54,422 nucleotides of DNA from a virus (Duplodnaviria > Caudoviricetes): the IMG/VR virus record IMGVR_UViG_3300021420_000044, positions 1 to 54,422 of that record. One strand, written 5' to 3'. Under the pieces are notes generated by a model. It had not been told where the DNA came from. It did not search any database and was given only the letters and a program-made list of their open reading frames with translations. Numbering within the stretch: the stretch's first letter is position 1; each line of letters begins with the position of its first letter. This document shows positions 26,324 through 35,223 of the stretch, piece by piece. The translations under genes were made by a program, and so were the position numbers.

Positions 26324-26722
26324 TTATTCCTTCTCCAGCGCCTCTGCATACGCCAGCAGTTCATCTTCGCTGAATCCAAACAGCGGTGGCCCGTCATGGT
26401 CTACGCCTTCGCCTTCCGGCAGGCAGGCTTTCAAGTCTTGCTCTACAGCCTCTACATCATGCTCCAATTCTCGCAGCAAACGCTCAGGAACGTCGATTCT
26501 AGGGAAAGCGGAGGTCGAGAGCCATCGTCCATCTTCGGTGAGCGTACAGTCAACGGAAGCGGCTCTGGCATCGGTCTGGTAGCGATACGTGAGCGGGCCA
26601 ACGGTGATTTCCTGAGTCTGGAGTTCGCGGACGATGCGCTCCTGATTGGCAGCGCGGAACTCGGAGCGCAGTTCGTGGAAGCTACGTTCTTCGTCAGGAT
26701 GCGGGATACGGATTGTGTTCAT
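26324..26722 (-). CDS. Hypothetical acidic protein
   Basis: ORF track; operon context. Confidence 0.55.
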   Translation of the reverse strand: MNTIRIPHPDEERSFHELRSEFRAANQERIVRELQTQEITVGPLTYRYQTDARAASVDCTLTEDGRWLSTSAFPRIDVPERLLRELEHDVEAVEQDLKACLPEGEGVDHDGPPLFGFSEDELLAYAEALEKE

Positions 26723-27027
26723 CTAGCCGTCCTCAGTCGCCAATTTAGTAGCGTTACCCATATTTCGGGAGTTGGAAGAGCCGGAGAATCGTCTACTCTA
26801 ATCCGTGCTTGGCTGTATTCCATAAGATGTGCGTCGAGTTCTAGCACCGTTCCCAAGATTATGTATTTGGAATACGTGCGGTCTATCACCTCGATTTGGT
26901 CGCCTATTTTCGGGTCGTCGGTCATCGTAATTTTGGGGCCAGTTCGGTTGCGGTGCCGTCTACACGCCATGACGCGTCTAGGAAGATTGCTACTCCGGCC
27001 CCATAAAGTAGGTCTTCCCGCAACCAA
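26719..27027 (-). CDS. Hypothetical protein with SH3/KOW-like C-terminal part
   Basis: PKIGDQIEV...GTVLE; start uncertain. Confidence 0.4.
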   Translation of the reverse strand: MVAGRPTLWGRSSNLPRRVMACRRHRNRTGPKITMTDDPKIGDQIEVIDRTYSKYIILGTVLELDAHLMEYSQARIRVDDSPALPTPEIWVTLLNWRLRTAR

Positions 27028-27030
27028 CTA

Positions 27031-27228
27031 TCACTCAAGCTCAACTAGTTTACGCAGTTGTTGCAGTTCGTAATCTTTCGGCTTTTCTTCCTCAGCCATC
27101 TTCCAGCACCCAGGAAATTCCTTCGTTTTCCTCTTCTGGCAAACACCGCACTCCAACATAAATACGGTGTACGACAGAAATGCGTCAGCGCCGATATACT
27201 TCCACTTGTGCCGATGCCAGCCGAACAT
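27031..27228 (-). CDS. Small protein with H.H.W...C..C motif
   Basis: Start refined to MFGWHRHKWKY; CGVC. Confidence 0.5.
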   Translation of the reverse strand: MFGWHRHKWKYIGADAFLSYTVFMLECGVCQKRKTKEFPGCWKMAEEEKPKDYELQQLRKLVELE

Positions 27229-27239
27229 CTCAGCCCACC

Positions 27240-27506
27240 TCACGCATGATGATACGTCACTTTTTTGGCCACGTACCGATACCGCTGCTGCGCATGTTCT
27301 AGGTTTCGTTGCTCGTTCAGCCAGCGTGCTTGGTCCCATCCTTTTGGCCGTGTGATGACTTGCAACGCACACATTCCCTCTGAGGCACAAATTTCGCATA
27401 CGAACGCGATTCTGTACTGGTCCTGATGGCTTACTTTCACTGCGCGGTCGCGGGGAACGCCGAATGGATGTTCAGGATTACGGCATGGTGGAGGCTTTAG
27501 CGCCAT
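27240..27506 (-). CDS. Zn-binding small protein
   Basis: CRNPEH...FVCEIC; RBS ggag; TGATG coupling. Confidence 0.55.
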   Translation of the reverse strand: MALKPPPCRNPEHPFGVPRDRAVKVSHQDQYRIAFVCEICASEGMCALQVITRPKGWDQARWLNEQRNLEHAQQRYRYVAKKVTYHHA

Positions 27507-27685
27507 CAGCGGACACTCCGGCGCAACTCTTCTATATCCCCAGTGCGAAGATCAACCTCGTATATGCTGCGACGGTAAGCGCACTCCGCAAACATACACG
27601 TTACCTCTCGTGCATGACCGGCCTGAGTAAATACTTTCATTGGCTTTCCGCAACCTGGGCATATAACTTGAATGTGAACTTTCAT
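27506..27685 (-). CDS. Zn-ribbon micro-protein
   Basis: Start refined to MKVHIQVICPGCG...CMFAEC. Confidence 0.55.
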   Translation of the reverse strand: MKVHIQVICPGCGKPMKVFTQAGHAREVTCMFAECAYRRSIYEVDLRTGDIEELRRSVR

Positions 27686-28197
27686 CTTCCCCTCCGATGC
27701 CCAAATCTGCGAATCACTTTCGCTCCCTGACAAAGTGGACACGTACCCTGCGCTGCTTGCCCACCTTCCATGAGAACGCCAACTACTCCTGCGCCTCCAC
27801 ACCGCCCGCATGTGTCGGTCATGCCGGCCTCTGGCGTAACTGATTTCCGCCGCCTCACAACTTTCCCCTGCGGCGTCTCAGCTACCACCTTTAACTTCGG
27901 CTGCTCCGCACGCTCTGCCTGCTCTGCCAAGTCAATGGCATCCTGCATCGGGTCTGAGGATTCCGTTACCGGCTCCCGAATCTCTTCCTCTACCTGCTGC
28001 TGATTCCCGTTCTCCGAGAACGAAAATACTTTCATATCTGATGGCGTGATTACCAGAAGCGTCTGCAAATCAGGAATGAATTTGGCAATGTTGGCGGCAA
28101 GAAAATTATCAGCGAGGTCGAACAGACGGAGAGCGTAGGAACCTGGAGAAGTCCTATGCAACGTCAGGATCGGTGGAATTTGCGGCGAGCTAGGCAT
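27682..28197 (-). CDS. Protein with C-terminal DnaJ-type Zn finger
   Basis: CGRCGGAG...CPLCQGAK. Confidence 0.6.
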   Translation of the reverse strand: MPSSPQIPPILTLHRTSPGSYALRLFDLADNFLAANIAKFIPDLQTLLVITPSDMKVFSFSENGNQQQVEEEIREPVTESSDPMQDAIDLAEQAERAEQPKLKVVAETPQGKVVRRRKSVTPEAGMTDTCGRCGGAGVVGVLMEGGQAAQGTCPLCQGAKVIRRFGHRRGR

Positions 28198-28223
28198 TGC
28201 ACTCCAGTGATACGATTCTATCC

Positions 28224-28394
28224 ATGTCTCCAATCCAGTGGCGTAAACCTACAGCTAAAGAACTGCTCCGCCTAAAAGCTATCGCACAACAGGGCGGACG
28301 ACAGAAGTCAGAAGCCAAGCGTGAGGCGTTGCGGGAGAACCTAAAGATTGCACGCGCTGCACGATGGCCTGGACGAACACCGAAAACATGGTAG
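28224..28394 (+). CDS. Small basic protein, lone plus-strand gene
   Basis: GGRQKSEAKREALREN; TGaTACGAT extended -10 ends 7 nt before the ATG; fits exactly between two minus-strand genes. Confidence 0.55.
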   Translation: MSPIQWRKPTAKELLRLKAIAQQGGRQKSEAKREALRENLKIARAARWPGRTPKTW

Positions 28395-29096
28395 TCACTT
28401 CGTCTCCGCAATGAGGTTGACAAGTTCGACTTTTTCAGAATTCTTAGCTTCGTTTACTGGATACACAACCTTGTCATCAATTCGGTACGTCACCTTGCCA
28501 GGACACCCTGAGCGTACCTGAGCCGATTCGGTAGCATCGAAGGCTACCCTACCAGACTTTACTCCCTCCACAATCTGAGCACCGTCCGCCGTGATTTCAG
28601 TCCAACACCTTCCCTCAAAATCAATCTGGATAATATGGTCCACCGGAGGCTCAGGCACGACAGCAGGAACTGCTGGCTTGGGAGAAAGTTCGACCTCGTT
28701 TTGCAGAGAATGCAGCGCGGCCCAGAGCATGTTCACCCGCTGCGTATCGAGTTCCTTCACCCCGCCAATCTGAAGCGTGAACAGCACTCCGAAAGCCGCC
28801 ACGAGAAGAAGAGTCCCAATCAACGGCAAACGCGACGGCTTAGTAACCTCTGCCGGAACGTACATCCTAACTGCTGACCTAACTTCCTCTTGCATCTTCG
28901 GATGCTGCTCCGCAAAGCACGTCATGACTACTTCCCTGACCGCTAACCGCTCTGCCACCGTCAGAGTCGGAGCCTCTGGCTGCTCCTTTAACCACGCCTT
29001 CAGTATCTCCCGAACTTCATCCGAGAACACGGGGTTCTGAATCACGTCCTCGACCGTAAGTGGTTTAACCTTCGTCTTCGTCGTAGAAGTAGCCAT
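28395..29096 (-). CDS. Single-pass membrane protein with RodZ C-terminal (DUF4115)-like domain
   Basis: TM LPLIGTLLLVAAFGVLFTL; Pro-rich linker; CWTEITADG...FDATESAQVRSGCPGKVTYRIDDK. Confidence 0.65.
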   Translation of the reverse strand: MATSTTKTKVKPLTVEDVIQNPVFSDEVREILKAWLKEQPEAPTLTVAERLAVREVVMTCFAEQHPKMQEEVRSAVRMYVPAEVTKPSRLPLIGTLLLVAAFGVLFTLQIGGVKELDTQRVNMLWAALHSLQNEVELSPKPAVPAVVPEPPVDHIIQIDFEGRCWTEITADGAQIVEGVKSGRVAFDATESAQVRSGCPGKVTYRIDDKVVYPVNEAKNSEKVELVNLIAETK

Positions 29097-29493
29097 AACT
29101 AGCTCCTGCGTGAGGTGCGGCAAAGAACGCTGGCTGCCGCTTATCTTCTTTCCTCCTGGGATTCAAATCATAATTTTTTAGAGGATGACCGAGCGATGAT
29201 AAAAATTCGACCCACCATCTTTCCCGTTTTAGAATCTCCGACTTTGGAGCCAATTCCAACAACAAACACCTTGCATAGTCCCCATACTTCGCCCGTTTTT
29301 CAACCCGCTGCAACCAGCGAAGTAATTTGGGATTCGAGACTTTTGCGAACCCTCTCCCACCAGTACGATGGTTGCAAGCTCTCATCAGCGGATCGACCGT
29401 CTGCCCAATGTAATGAATCCGGCACCCGCCTTCTCCAGTGTCGATTAAGCCGTAAATCCACTTGTATCCAGGAGGAGCCTTCTGCGTGCTCAT
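29065..29493 (-). CDS. GIY-YIG endonuclease
   Basis: WIYGL...HYIGQT..P..R...H; RERWW; LKN. Confidence 0.8.
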   Translation of the reverse strand: MSTQKAPPGYKWIYGLIDTGEGGCRIHYIGQTVDPLMRACNHRTGGRGFAKVSNPKLLRWLQRVEKRAKYGDYARCLLLELAPKSEILKRERWWVEFLSSLGHPLKNYDLNPRRKEDKRQPAFFAAPHAGASYGYFYDEDEG

Positions 29494-29681
29494 GATTGCT
29501 CGTACCCATCTTTCACGTATTCCCGTTCGCGCAAGCCACGCTTCTCCAACTCCGACTCAACCCGTACAACTTTCCCCTTCGGCTTGTCCCACATCGGACT
29601 CTTGCACCCAGGACAGTTTCTCGGCCTCCCAACTATTCGTGGCTCCCAACAGTACCCGCATCTCACACAAGTCAATTCCAT
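29490..29681 (-). CDS. Zn-ribbon protein
   Basis: MELTCVRCGYCWEP...CPGCKSPMWDK. Confidence 0.7.
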   Translation of the reverse strand: MELTCVRCGYCWEPRIVGRPRNCPGCKSPMWDKPKGKVVRVESELEKRGLREREYVKDGYEQS

Positions 29682-30310
29682 ACGGTCATCATCATTAGCA
29701 CCACCACGAAGCCCTGTAAAGAAATAATAATGATGACCTGTTGCCAACCTGTGCTACCATTTCCCCATGTTGCGCTGGATTACTCCCACCGAGCACTACC
29801 GTTCACTTCGGCAAGACTCGAATATCATGATGGTTCGCAGGCGTGCCATCTGGGCCAACCAAGACCCTGACCTCGCAGAAAAAAATTACCTTGCCAAAAT
29901 TGCAGAAAATTCCCGGCCCACAAAATCTCACTTCGAGACGAGATGTCAGCATGAGACGCTCGAAAGTGCTTGACAAATAACAATCGCTTGTGCATATGAT
30001 AACCTGTCCATTTAGGCAGGCACCCAAGACGCACCAACAGCCGTTACCCTCCCCTGCCGAGTTCAATTAGTTCCCACTGTGGTAAGTGTCTTTTTCCTGG
30101 CTAGCCACGTCACAGTTCTCCCTACCATAGCACAATGATGATGTAGCTTACACAGATTCTGGAAATATTATGAATGTGGTCATGCCCACCTCACTCCCCG
30201 TAGCCGCTGCTGAAGGCGGGTGCACGACTCGAGAGCAGAGCGAAGCCTCCGAGGAGGTACGGAGATGAATGCCGGCGTTTGTGGAGCTGTACGGGCCAAT
30301 TGGCAGCGGA

Positions 30311-30538
30311 TTAGCTGCGAATCTTCGGCTTAGTTCGCAGCGGAGGGATAACGCGGAAGCCGTGACGGACTTGCTCGAGGATGCGCATGGCCTGTAGCGT
30401 ACGGCCTTTCCAGGACGCAGACTGTTGACCTGACACCGGCTTACCTCTAGGCGTCTGTAGCCATGAAAGGGCCTGTCTAGCGACCTTACGACGCTGGTCT
30501 CTGAGTTGCCGTGATGGCATGGAGATAATTGACGCCAT
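30311..30538 (-). CDS. Small basic protein
   Basis: Promoter-like element immediately upstream; R/K-rich. Confidence 0.45.
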   Translation of the reverse strand: MASIISMPSRQLRDQRRKVARQALSWLQTPRGKPVSGQQSASWKGRTLQAMRILEQVRHGFRVIPPLRTKPKIRS

Positions 30539-30586
30539 GTCGGATTATGGCGCAATGCGCCTCAGTCTTGCAAGGGTTGTGGAAAA
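30539..30586 (-). promoter_or_regulatory. Putative leftward sigma70 promoter with adjacent DnaA-box-like 9-mer
   Basis: TTTTCCACA (30586-30578); TTGCAA-N18-CATAAT-N5-ATG. Confidence 0.5.
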
Positions 30587-30808
30587 GTAGGGGAAGCGAG
30601 TTTAGCTTGCTTACGCTGGCGATCAGCAGTGAGGCAGGTTTGGCAGCGCCGTTTGGAGCGTTTTGCTAGCTTGCGAAGTCCGCAAACGGCACAGAGGCCA
30701 CGCTTTAGCTGCTGTTTCTGCCAGGTTGCTTGGCGCGTCATGTGCTTACCTTAGTGGAGTGTCAAACGAAAGTCAAGCGAGAATAATTGCAGCGTCATAC
30801 GAATTCGC

Positions 30809-30837
30809 TTGACACATTTATCTATTAGTGCAAGAAT
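30809..30837 (+). promoter_or_regulatory. Putative rightward early promoter
   Basis: TTGACA-N17-AAGAAT with TGn extension; upstream of the plus-strand block. Confidence 0.6.
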
Positions 30838-30882
30838 CCATGCATATCAAAGCTGCTAACCGAGCAGACAGGAGAGAATGAG

Positions 30883-31218
30883 ATGGAAAAAGCGATCGCG
30901 AGTTATGTTGAGCAAGATTGCACGTTTGAGCACGCCGGAAGGAAGTTTGAAGCGGGCGGAGCGGTAGTCACAGACAAGTTCATCACAGCTTATCTAAAAG
31001 CCATGTGTTCATGGTCGAGTCACGAACACAGCGGCATTCTCACAGACTGGCATGGCAAGCAGATTGGCACGTATCGTGTGCTGTCGAGCTGGCCTATTCA
31101 CTCGTTCATTACAGACCGCATGTATTCAGTGGAGTGCTTTGTCAATGGAGTGCGGTATGTGGGGCGGTCCGCCGGCGCTGGAATGGCAATCAACGCCAAA
31201 CGGAGTCCGAAGCAGTAG
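30883..31218 (+). CDS. Early hypothetical protein
   Basis: RBS aggaga; LTDWHG..IG motif. Confidence 0.75.
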   Translation: MEKAIASYVEQDCTFEHAGRKFEAGGAVVTDKFITAYLKAMCSWSSHEHSGILTDWHGKQIGTYRVLSSWPIHSFITDRMYSVECFVNGVRYVGRSAGAGMAINAKRSPKQ

Positions 31219-31287
31219 TTTTAGCCCTCCCCTAATAGGGCTGTTTAGCAGTCAACTCGTACCAACCAACACGAGAGGAGCATGTAT

Positions 31288-31701
31288 ATGGAAACAGAAC
31301 AGTTAGCCGACTTTGTAAAGCGTAATCGCATTCACTTTTCAGCAGAACTCACCGACACTAACCCGAACATGGCATCGGACGATCAATGGATGCGAGCTGC
31401 AAACCATTGGAAAGTGACGTTTCGTTGCGAAGGCCGACAGTTGACAACGTACTTCTCGCAGGGTTCAGGAATCAGCCGCGATCCATCAGCAGAGGACGTG
31501 CTAGATTGCCTTGGCTCCGATGCGAGCGGAATTGAGAACGTGAACAGTTTCGAGCAATGGGCCTGCGAGTACGGGTATGACACAGACTCACGGAAGGCTG
31601 AAAAGACTTTCAAAGCCTGCGAGCGTGCAGCGGCAAAACTTGAGCAGTTTTTGGGCGCTGATGAGTACCAGCATTTACTGTGGCATACGGAGCGCCTGTA
31701 A
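31288..31701 (+). CDS. Early hypothetical protein
   Basis: RBS gaggag; FSQGSG...DVLDCL.SDA...FEQWACEYGYDTDSRKAEK. Confidence 0.75.
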   Translation: METEQLADFVKRNRIHFSAELTDTNPNMASDDQWMRAANHWKVTFRCEGRQLTTYFSQGSGISRDPSAEDVLDCLGSDASGIENVNSFEQWACEYGYDTDSRKAEKTFKACERAAAKLEQFLGADEYQHLLWHTERL

Positions 31702-31805
31702 TCTCTTGCTGTGCCCTTCTCCGGGCCTGCAATTGCCCTACGGCTGGTCGCCGTTCACACCGGGTGGGAAAGCCCGGTTTCAAATCTATGGTATTGGAGC
31801 GAGTT

Positions 31806-32048
31806 ATGAACACAACTTCAACTAGAACTGAAGAGTTTCTGCACGCTGTCGACGGCGCGCACGAGTGGGAAGAGGACGAAGTGTACGGCGGTCAGGGAAA
31901 TCTGAACGTCACCATCACAAACACTTGCTCAATATGCGGACTCCAGCGCCGTAAACTTACTTTCCATATCGGCCTGCCTCGTTACGAGTTTCTGAACTCG
32001 GACGGCGAGAAAATCACGCTCAAGGAAGCGGCTGCTTTGGAATGCTGA
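31806..32048 (+). CDS. Early hypothetical protein
   Basis: RBS ggag; HEW...CSICG. Confidence 0.6.
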   Translation: MNTTSTRTEEFLHAVDGAHEWEEDEVYGGQGNLNVTITNTCSICGLQRRKLTFHIGLPRYEFLNSDGEKITLKEAAALEC

Positions 32049-32134
32049 ATTACGAGGCCATAACCGAGATGCTCATTGCCTTGGCCGCGTTCTTTTGTGG
32101 CGTAACAGTGGGCTACTACGTTGATAGGAGATGA
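32042..32134 (+). CDS. 30 aa single-TM peptide
   Basis: Manual translation MLNYEAITEMLIALAAFFCGVTVGYYVDRR. Confidence 0.4.
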   Translation: MLNYEAITEMLIALAAFFCGVTVGYYVDRR

Positions 32135-32137
32135 CTT

Positions 32138-32524
32138 ATGGGTGTTCACATCTTGGAAGACCGCGAATCTAACGAAGCTGCATTCTACTGCTCGACTTCT
32201 GGCTGGGCCTTCGGGCCAGTGTTCCCGAACAGGGAAGCGGCAGAATTGTTCCTGCAAGTGTATTCTGACGATCCGCGCCGGCTGACTGACGCTGAACTGT
32301 CGGCACGCTACTCCGAGTTCATCAACGGCTGGGTCTGTGAGTGTGGATCGGTGCGCGACCTGGACGAAGAAATTCCCGAACTGACAGGACGATTCGAGTG
32401 TGCGTACTGCTCCACAAAGACTTGCGCTACCTGCGGAGCTTCCCGAGATGCCACAGTTCACAAAGTGGAGACCTATCGGCGCGTTCCTGGCGGGTACGGT
32501 CATCCATTCGTGAAAGGACAGTGA
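32138..32524 (+). CDS. Early protein with Zn-binding C-terminus
   Basis: RBS aggaga; YCSTSGWAFGPVF; CECG, CAYC, CATC. Confidence 0.7.
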   Translation: MGVHILEDRESNEAAFYCSTSGWAFGPVFPNREAAELFLQVYSDDPRRLTDAELSARYSEFINGWVCECGSVRDLDEEIPELTGRFECAYCSTKTCATCGASRDATVHKVETYRRVPGGYGHPFVKGQ

Positions 32525-32668
32525 AGCCATGAGCCTAGCTTGGGGAACGCATCGCCATGTTAACGGCTACCGCTTTCTGAGAGGCGTTTTGTATGCTATT
32601 TGCTGGCAGGTCGTAGCTTTCGGAATTATCTGGTTGATGCTAAGAAATTCTTCGTACTGGAGTCCAAA

Positions 32669-32884
32669 ATGAGCAAGTGGAATCACTCGATTTGCGAGGC
32701 GTGCTGGAATGTGAAGAATCCAGACCGTGAGCCGTGTCGAGTCCGCGAGGAGTATCGAGACGAGACGCCGGAGCCATGCTGCTACTGCGGAAGGCCACAC
32801 GGTTCAGGCATTTACGTTAGAGGCAATCCACTATCTCCAGAATTGAAGTGCGCTGGACAAGGAGCAGCCCACACCGATGACTAA
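32669..32884 (+). CDS. Zn-binding micro-protein
   Basis: HSICEACW...CCYCG. Confidence 0.6.
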   Translation: MSKWNHSICEACWNVKNPDREPCRVREEYRDETPEPCCYCGRPHGSGIYVRGNPLSPELKCAGQGAAHTDD

Positions 32885-33071
32885 CCAGAATGACCTGCTT
32901 TGCCACTTTACTCTCGGCTCGCTCCTAGGAGTAATCGAGATGCTGGAAAAGGGCCTCGCTACCCAAGGCTATGTACTGGACCGCATACGGGAGATTCGCA
33001 GGGAATACCTAGCCTCAGTAGGCATAGCCGTGGAAGCGGACAGAGTTCGATACGCCAAGGAGTTAGCATGA
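32877..33071 (+). CDS. Hypothetical protein
   Basis: Coupled ORF. Confidence 0.5.
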   Translation: MTNQNDLLCHFTLGSLLGVIEMLEKGLATQGYVLDRIREIRREYLASVGIAVEADRVRYAKELA

Positions 33072-33247
33072 CTTGCGACCGATGCGGCGAGGAGATTTGC
33101 AAGCATGGCGTCTGCTGGTGCGACGACGAGCACCAAGGCCATTGTCTCGACTGTGTGCGAAGGCGCGAGGATGAACTGGACTGCGAACGTGAAGCTGCTT
33201 TCCAGCGTGACGTAGCAGGACCATTGCTAGGATTCGAGAAGCCATGA
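33068..33247 (+). CDS. Cys-rich micro-protein
   Basis: MTCDRCG...CKHGVCWC...HCLDC. Confidence 0.55.
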   Translation: MTCDRCGEEICKHGVCWCDDEHQGHCLDCVRRREDELDCEREAAFQRDVAGPLLGFEKP

Positions 33248-33435
33248 GTGAGCGATTCCTGCGAAAACAGTTGATAAACGGCGCCATTGAACGCCTAACC
33301 AGCATAGCTGAATATGCGGACGCTAGCCATGCCCCATACCAAGCCGACACGTTAATAGACGAACTGCGACAGATGTTGCGTGGCGAGATTTCCCGCCTTA
33401 CGGCTATTCAAAAGGACTTAGCAGAGGAGCCATGA
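33244..33435 (+). CDS. Hypothetical protein
   Basis: ATGA coupling. Confidence 0.5.
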   Translation: MSERFLRKQLINGAIERLTSIAEYADASHAPYQADTLIDELRQMLRGEISRLTAIQKDLAEEP

Positions 33436-33578
33436 AGTCCTGCAAAGACCCCGACTGCTCATGGTGCGCTAGGGGCAGGTATGACGAACAGCGCCTCTAC
33501 TCCGCCCTTGCCTTCCTCCGTGCCGTGCTCTGGATTGCCCTGTGGGCTGTTTTGGTCGGTTACGCACTTTCGCGTTAG
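33432..33578 (+). CDS. 48 aa protein with Cys motif and C-terminal TM
   Basis: Manual translation MKSCKDPDCSWC...VLWIALWAVLVGYALSR; RBS gaggag. Confidence 0.5.
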   Translation: MKSCKDPDCSWCARGRYDEQRLYSALAFLRAVLWIALWAVLVGYALSR

Positions 33579-33831
33579 GCGGGGATGGAAGTGGGCCAAA
33601 GTAGAATTTGACCAGTTTCACGGTTTTCACCCCAAAAGTCGCTCAGACGACGCCTACGATGCCCTAGCGTTCATTTCTGTGGAATGGTCTGACGGCGTTT
33701 TGTTACTCGCAAGCCTGTACGCTGACCGCCGACAGGGCTTTTCTCTATCCCGTACAGTTTCTGTTCCTGGCGAGCCACTCGGAGCTTGTAGTCCTGCCAA
33801 GCCTTTTCTAGCCACGCATGGTACGAACATT

Positions 33832-34185
33832 TCATGACTGCCGCCACTCTGGAGGTCCGCCACGCCTTGCGTCTAGTTCATCTAGCAGCGATTCATAGTC
33901 TGCTTTGGTCAGGGGCTGGTTACCTACCAGTTTCTTCCTAAGAGTCAAGCGGTGGTAGAGCCAGAGCATATCGCGGTCATTGTAGCCTTTACCGAAACGA
34001 GAGTACGCCGGACGAAGCGACACATTGCCAGCACGATAATCTAGCAAGCACTGGCACGGTTTTGCTGCTCCCGTATTTTCATCTACCAATCTACCGCCTT
34101 CGGTCTGACCGGAAAATACTTTGATCCACCCACCAGAGCATCCGTTTTGTTCGCACGGCACGAAGTTGTTGTTCATGAATTCCAT
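33832..34185 (-). CDS. Replication-module protein with Zn motif
   Basis: CEQNGCSGGW...AKPCQC, resembling the Zn region found after phage helicase loaders. Confidence 0.55.
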   Translation of the reverse strand: MEFMNNNFVPCEQNGCSGGWIKVFSGQTEGGRLVDENTGAAKPCQCLLDYRAGNVSLRPAYSRFGKGYNDRDMLWLYHRLTLRKKLVGNQPLTKADYESLLDELDARRGGPPEWRQS

Positions 34186-34409
34186 CCCTCGAAGTAAATA
34201 GATTCTTGGTTCTTGCGGATTAGATGGATAATATCGGCTGGCTTTGGAGGGTACACACTAGTCTTGAAGTGCCTACGAAAGGCCCATGCAACAGCTTCCG
34301 GCCTCTCACTTCCGAGGGAGTATTTCCAAATGCGAATCTCCCCTGGCAGTATTTCCGTTTTGTACAGTTGGCTCACCTCGTCCATTTTCTTGGCTAATAT
34401 CAAGTCCAT
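34173..34409 (-). CDS. Helicase loader/inhibitor-like protein (SPP1 G39P-like)
   Basis: W...L......V..A...H..TS.YPPKPADI; start refined to MDLILAKK. Confidence 0.55.
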   Translation of the reverse strand: MDLILAKKMDEVSQLYKTEILPGEIRIWKYSLGSERPEAVAWAFRRHFKTSVYPPKPADIIHLIRKNQESIYFEGWNS

Positions 34410-35223
34410 CGAGGATGGCTTTGCGGTTGTTAGCGACCCTTCGTTCAGTTTTGGTAGGCCCTGAATCAGCCCCTGATTCTTCGCCGCGATCCCATTCCTT
34501 CGGGTCATCAAGGTATCTTGAGCGATTAAACCAAGTTGCCGGGTACGGCGTGTACTTTCCTCGGTTCCCGGCTGGACTTTGGGCAAAGAGGGCTGTTCGG
34601 TCTTTGATTCCTGCGATGGCTTCTGCTTCGGATACTCCGTCATTTTTGTATTCTCCTTCCCGCACTCGCTTGATAGCGGCGGTAATAGCCTTCAGTGCTT
34701 CCCGTTTTTCCACCTTCCTAGGATAGAGCTGGTAAATCTCATTCACCTGCGAAGCAGGGGGTGTAGTTGCTTTTAACTGCTTTTGTGTATGGGTATGCTT
34801 CTGTGTGTGCTTATCGTTACCATCGTTACTTGTAACAGCGGTAACGCTCTGTAACGCTTGCTGGCGCTTTCGCCACTGCTCTACGCGCATTCTGGTTCTT
34901 TCTCGCTGCTCCTCAAGGCTCATTAGCTCCCGATACTTGGCGTGATTGATTAGAAGCCAGCCTCCGTCTACTTCTTCGATTCTCCGACCTCCAGCCTCTT
35001 TGCTCCACGAATACTTGTCTGGCTGCTGGAATCTGGCTAGGGCTAATTCACATTGCGGCACGGTAATACGCGCTCGGTCGGCAAGCCCTGGAATCGTGCA
35101 CTGGACAATGCCGTCTTGGTCCGCAAGTGCCAGCATCGTTACCCACAGGATGCGGGTCGGGTCGTCCTCTCGCCATATCGTTGAATCGAGAATGCGATTG
35201 AAGAGTTTCGTATACCCACGCAT
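34306..35223 (-). CDS. Replication initiator protein
   Basis: YTKLFNRILDSTIW N-terminal HTH-like domain; YQLYPRKVEKREA...YPATWFN..RYLD C-terminal domain; internal iterons. Confidence 0.8.
   Translation of the reverse strand: MRGYTKLFNRILDSTIWREDDPTRILWVTMLALADQDGIVQCTIPGLADRARITVPQCELALARFQQPDKYSWSKEAGGRRIEEVDGGWLLINHAKYRELMSLEEQRERTRMRVEQWRKRQQALQSVTAVTSNDGNDKHTQKHTHTQKQLKATTPPASQVNEIYQLYPRKVEKREALKAITAAIKRVREGEYKNDGVSEAEAIAGIKDRTALFAQSPAGNRGKYTPYPATWFNRSRYLDDPKEWDRGEESGADSGPTKTERRVANNRKAILDGLDISQENGRGEPTVQNGNTARGDSHLEILPRK
34813..34856. repeat. Iteron-like array (putative origin) inside the initiator gene
   Basis: ATCGTTAC x2, then GTAAC at 34832, 34841 and 34851. Confidence 0.6.
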
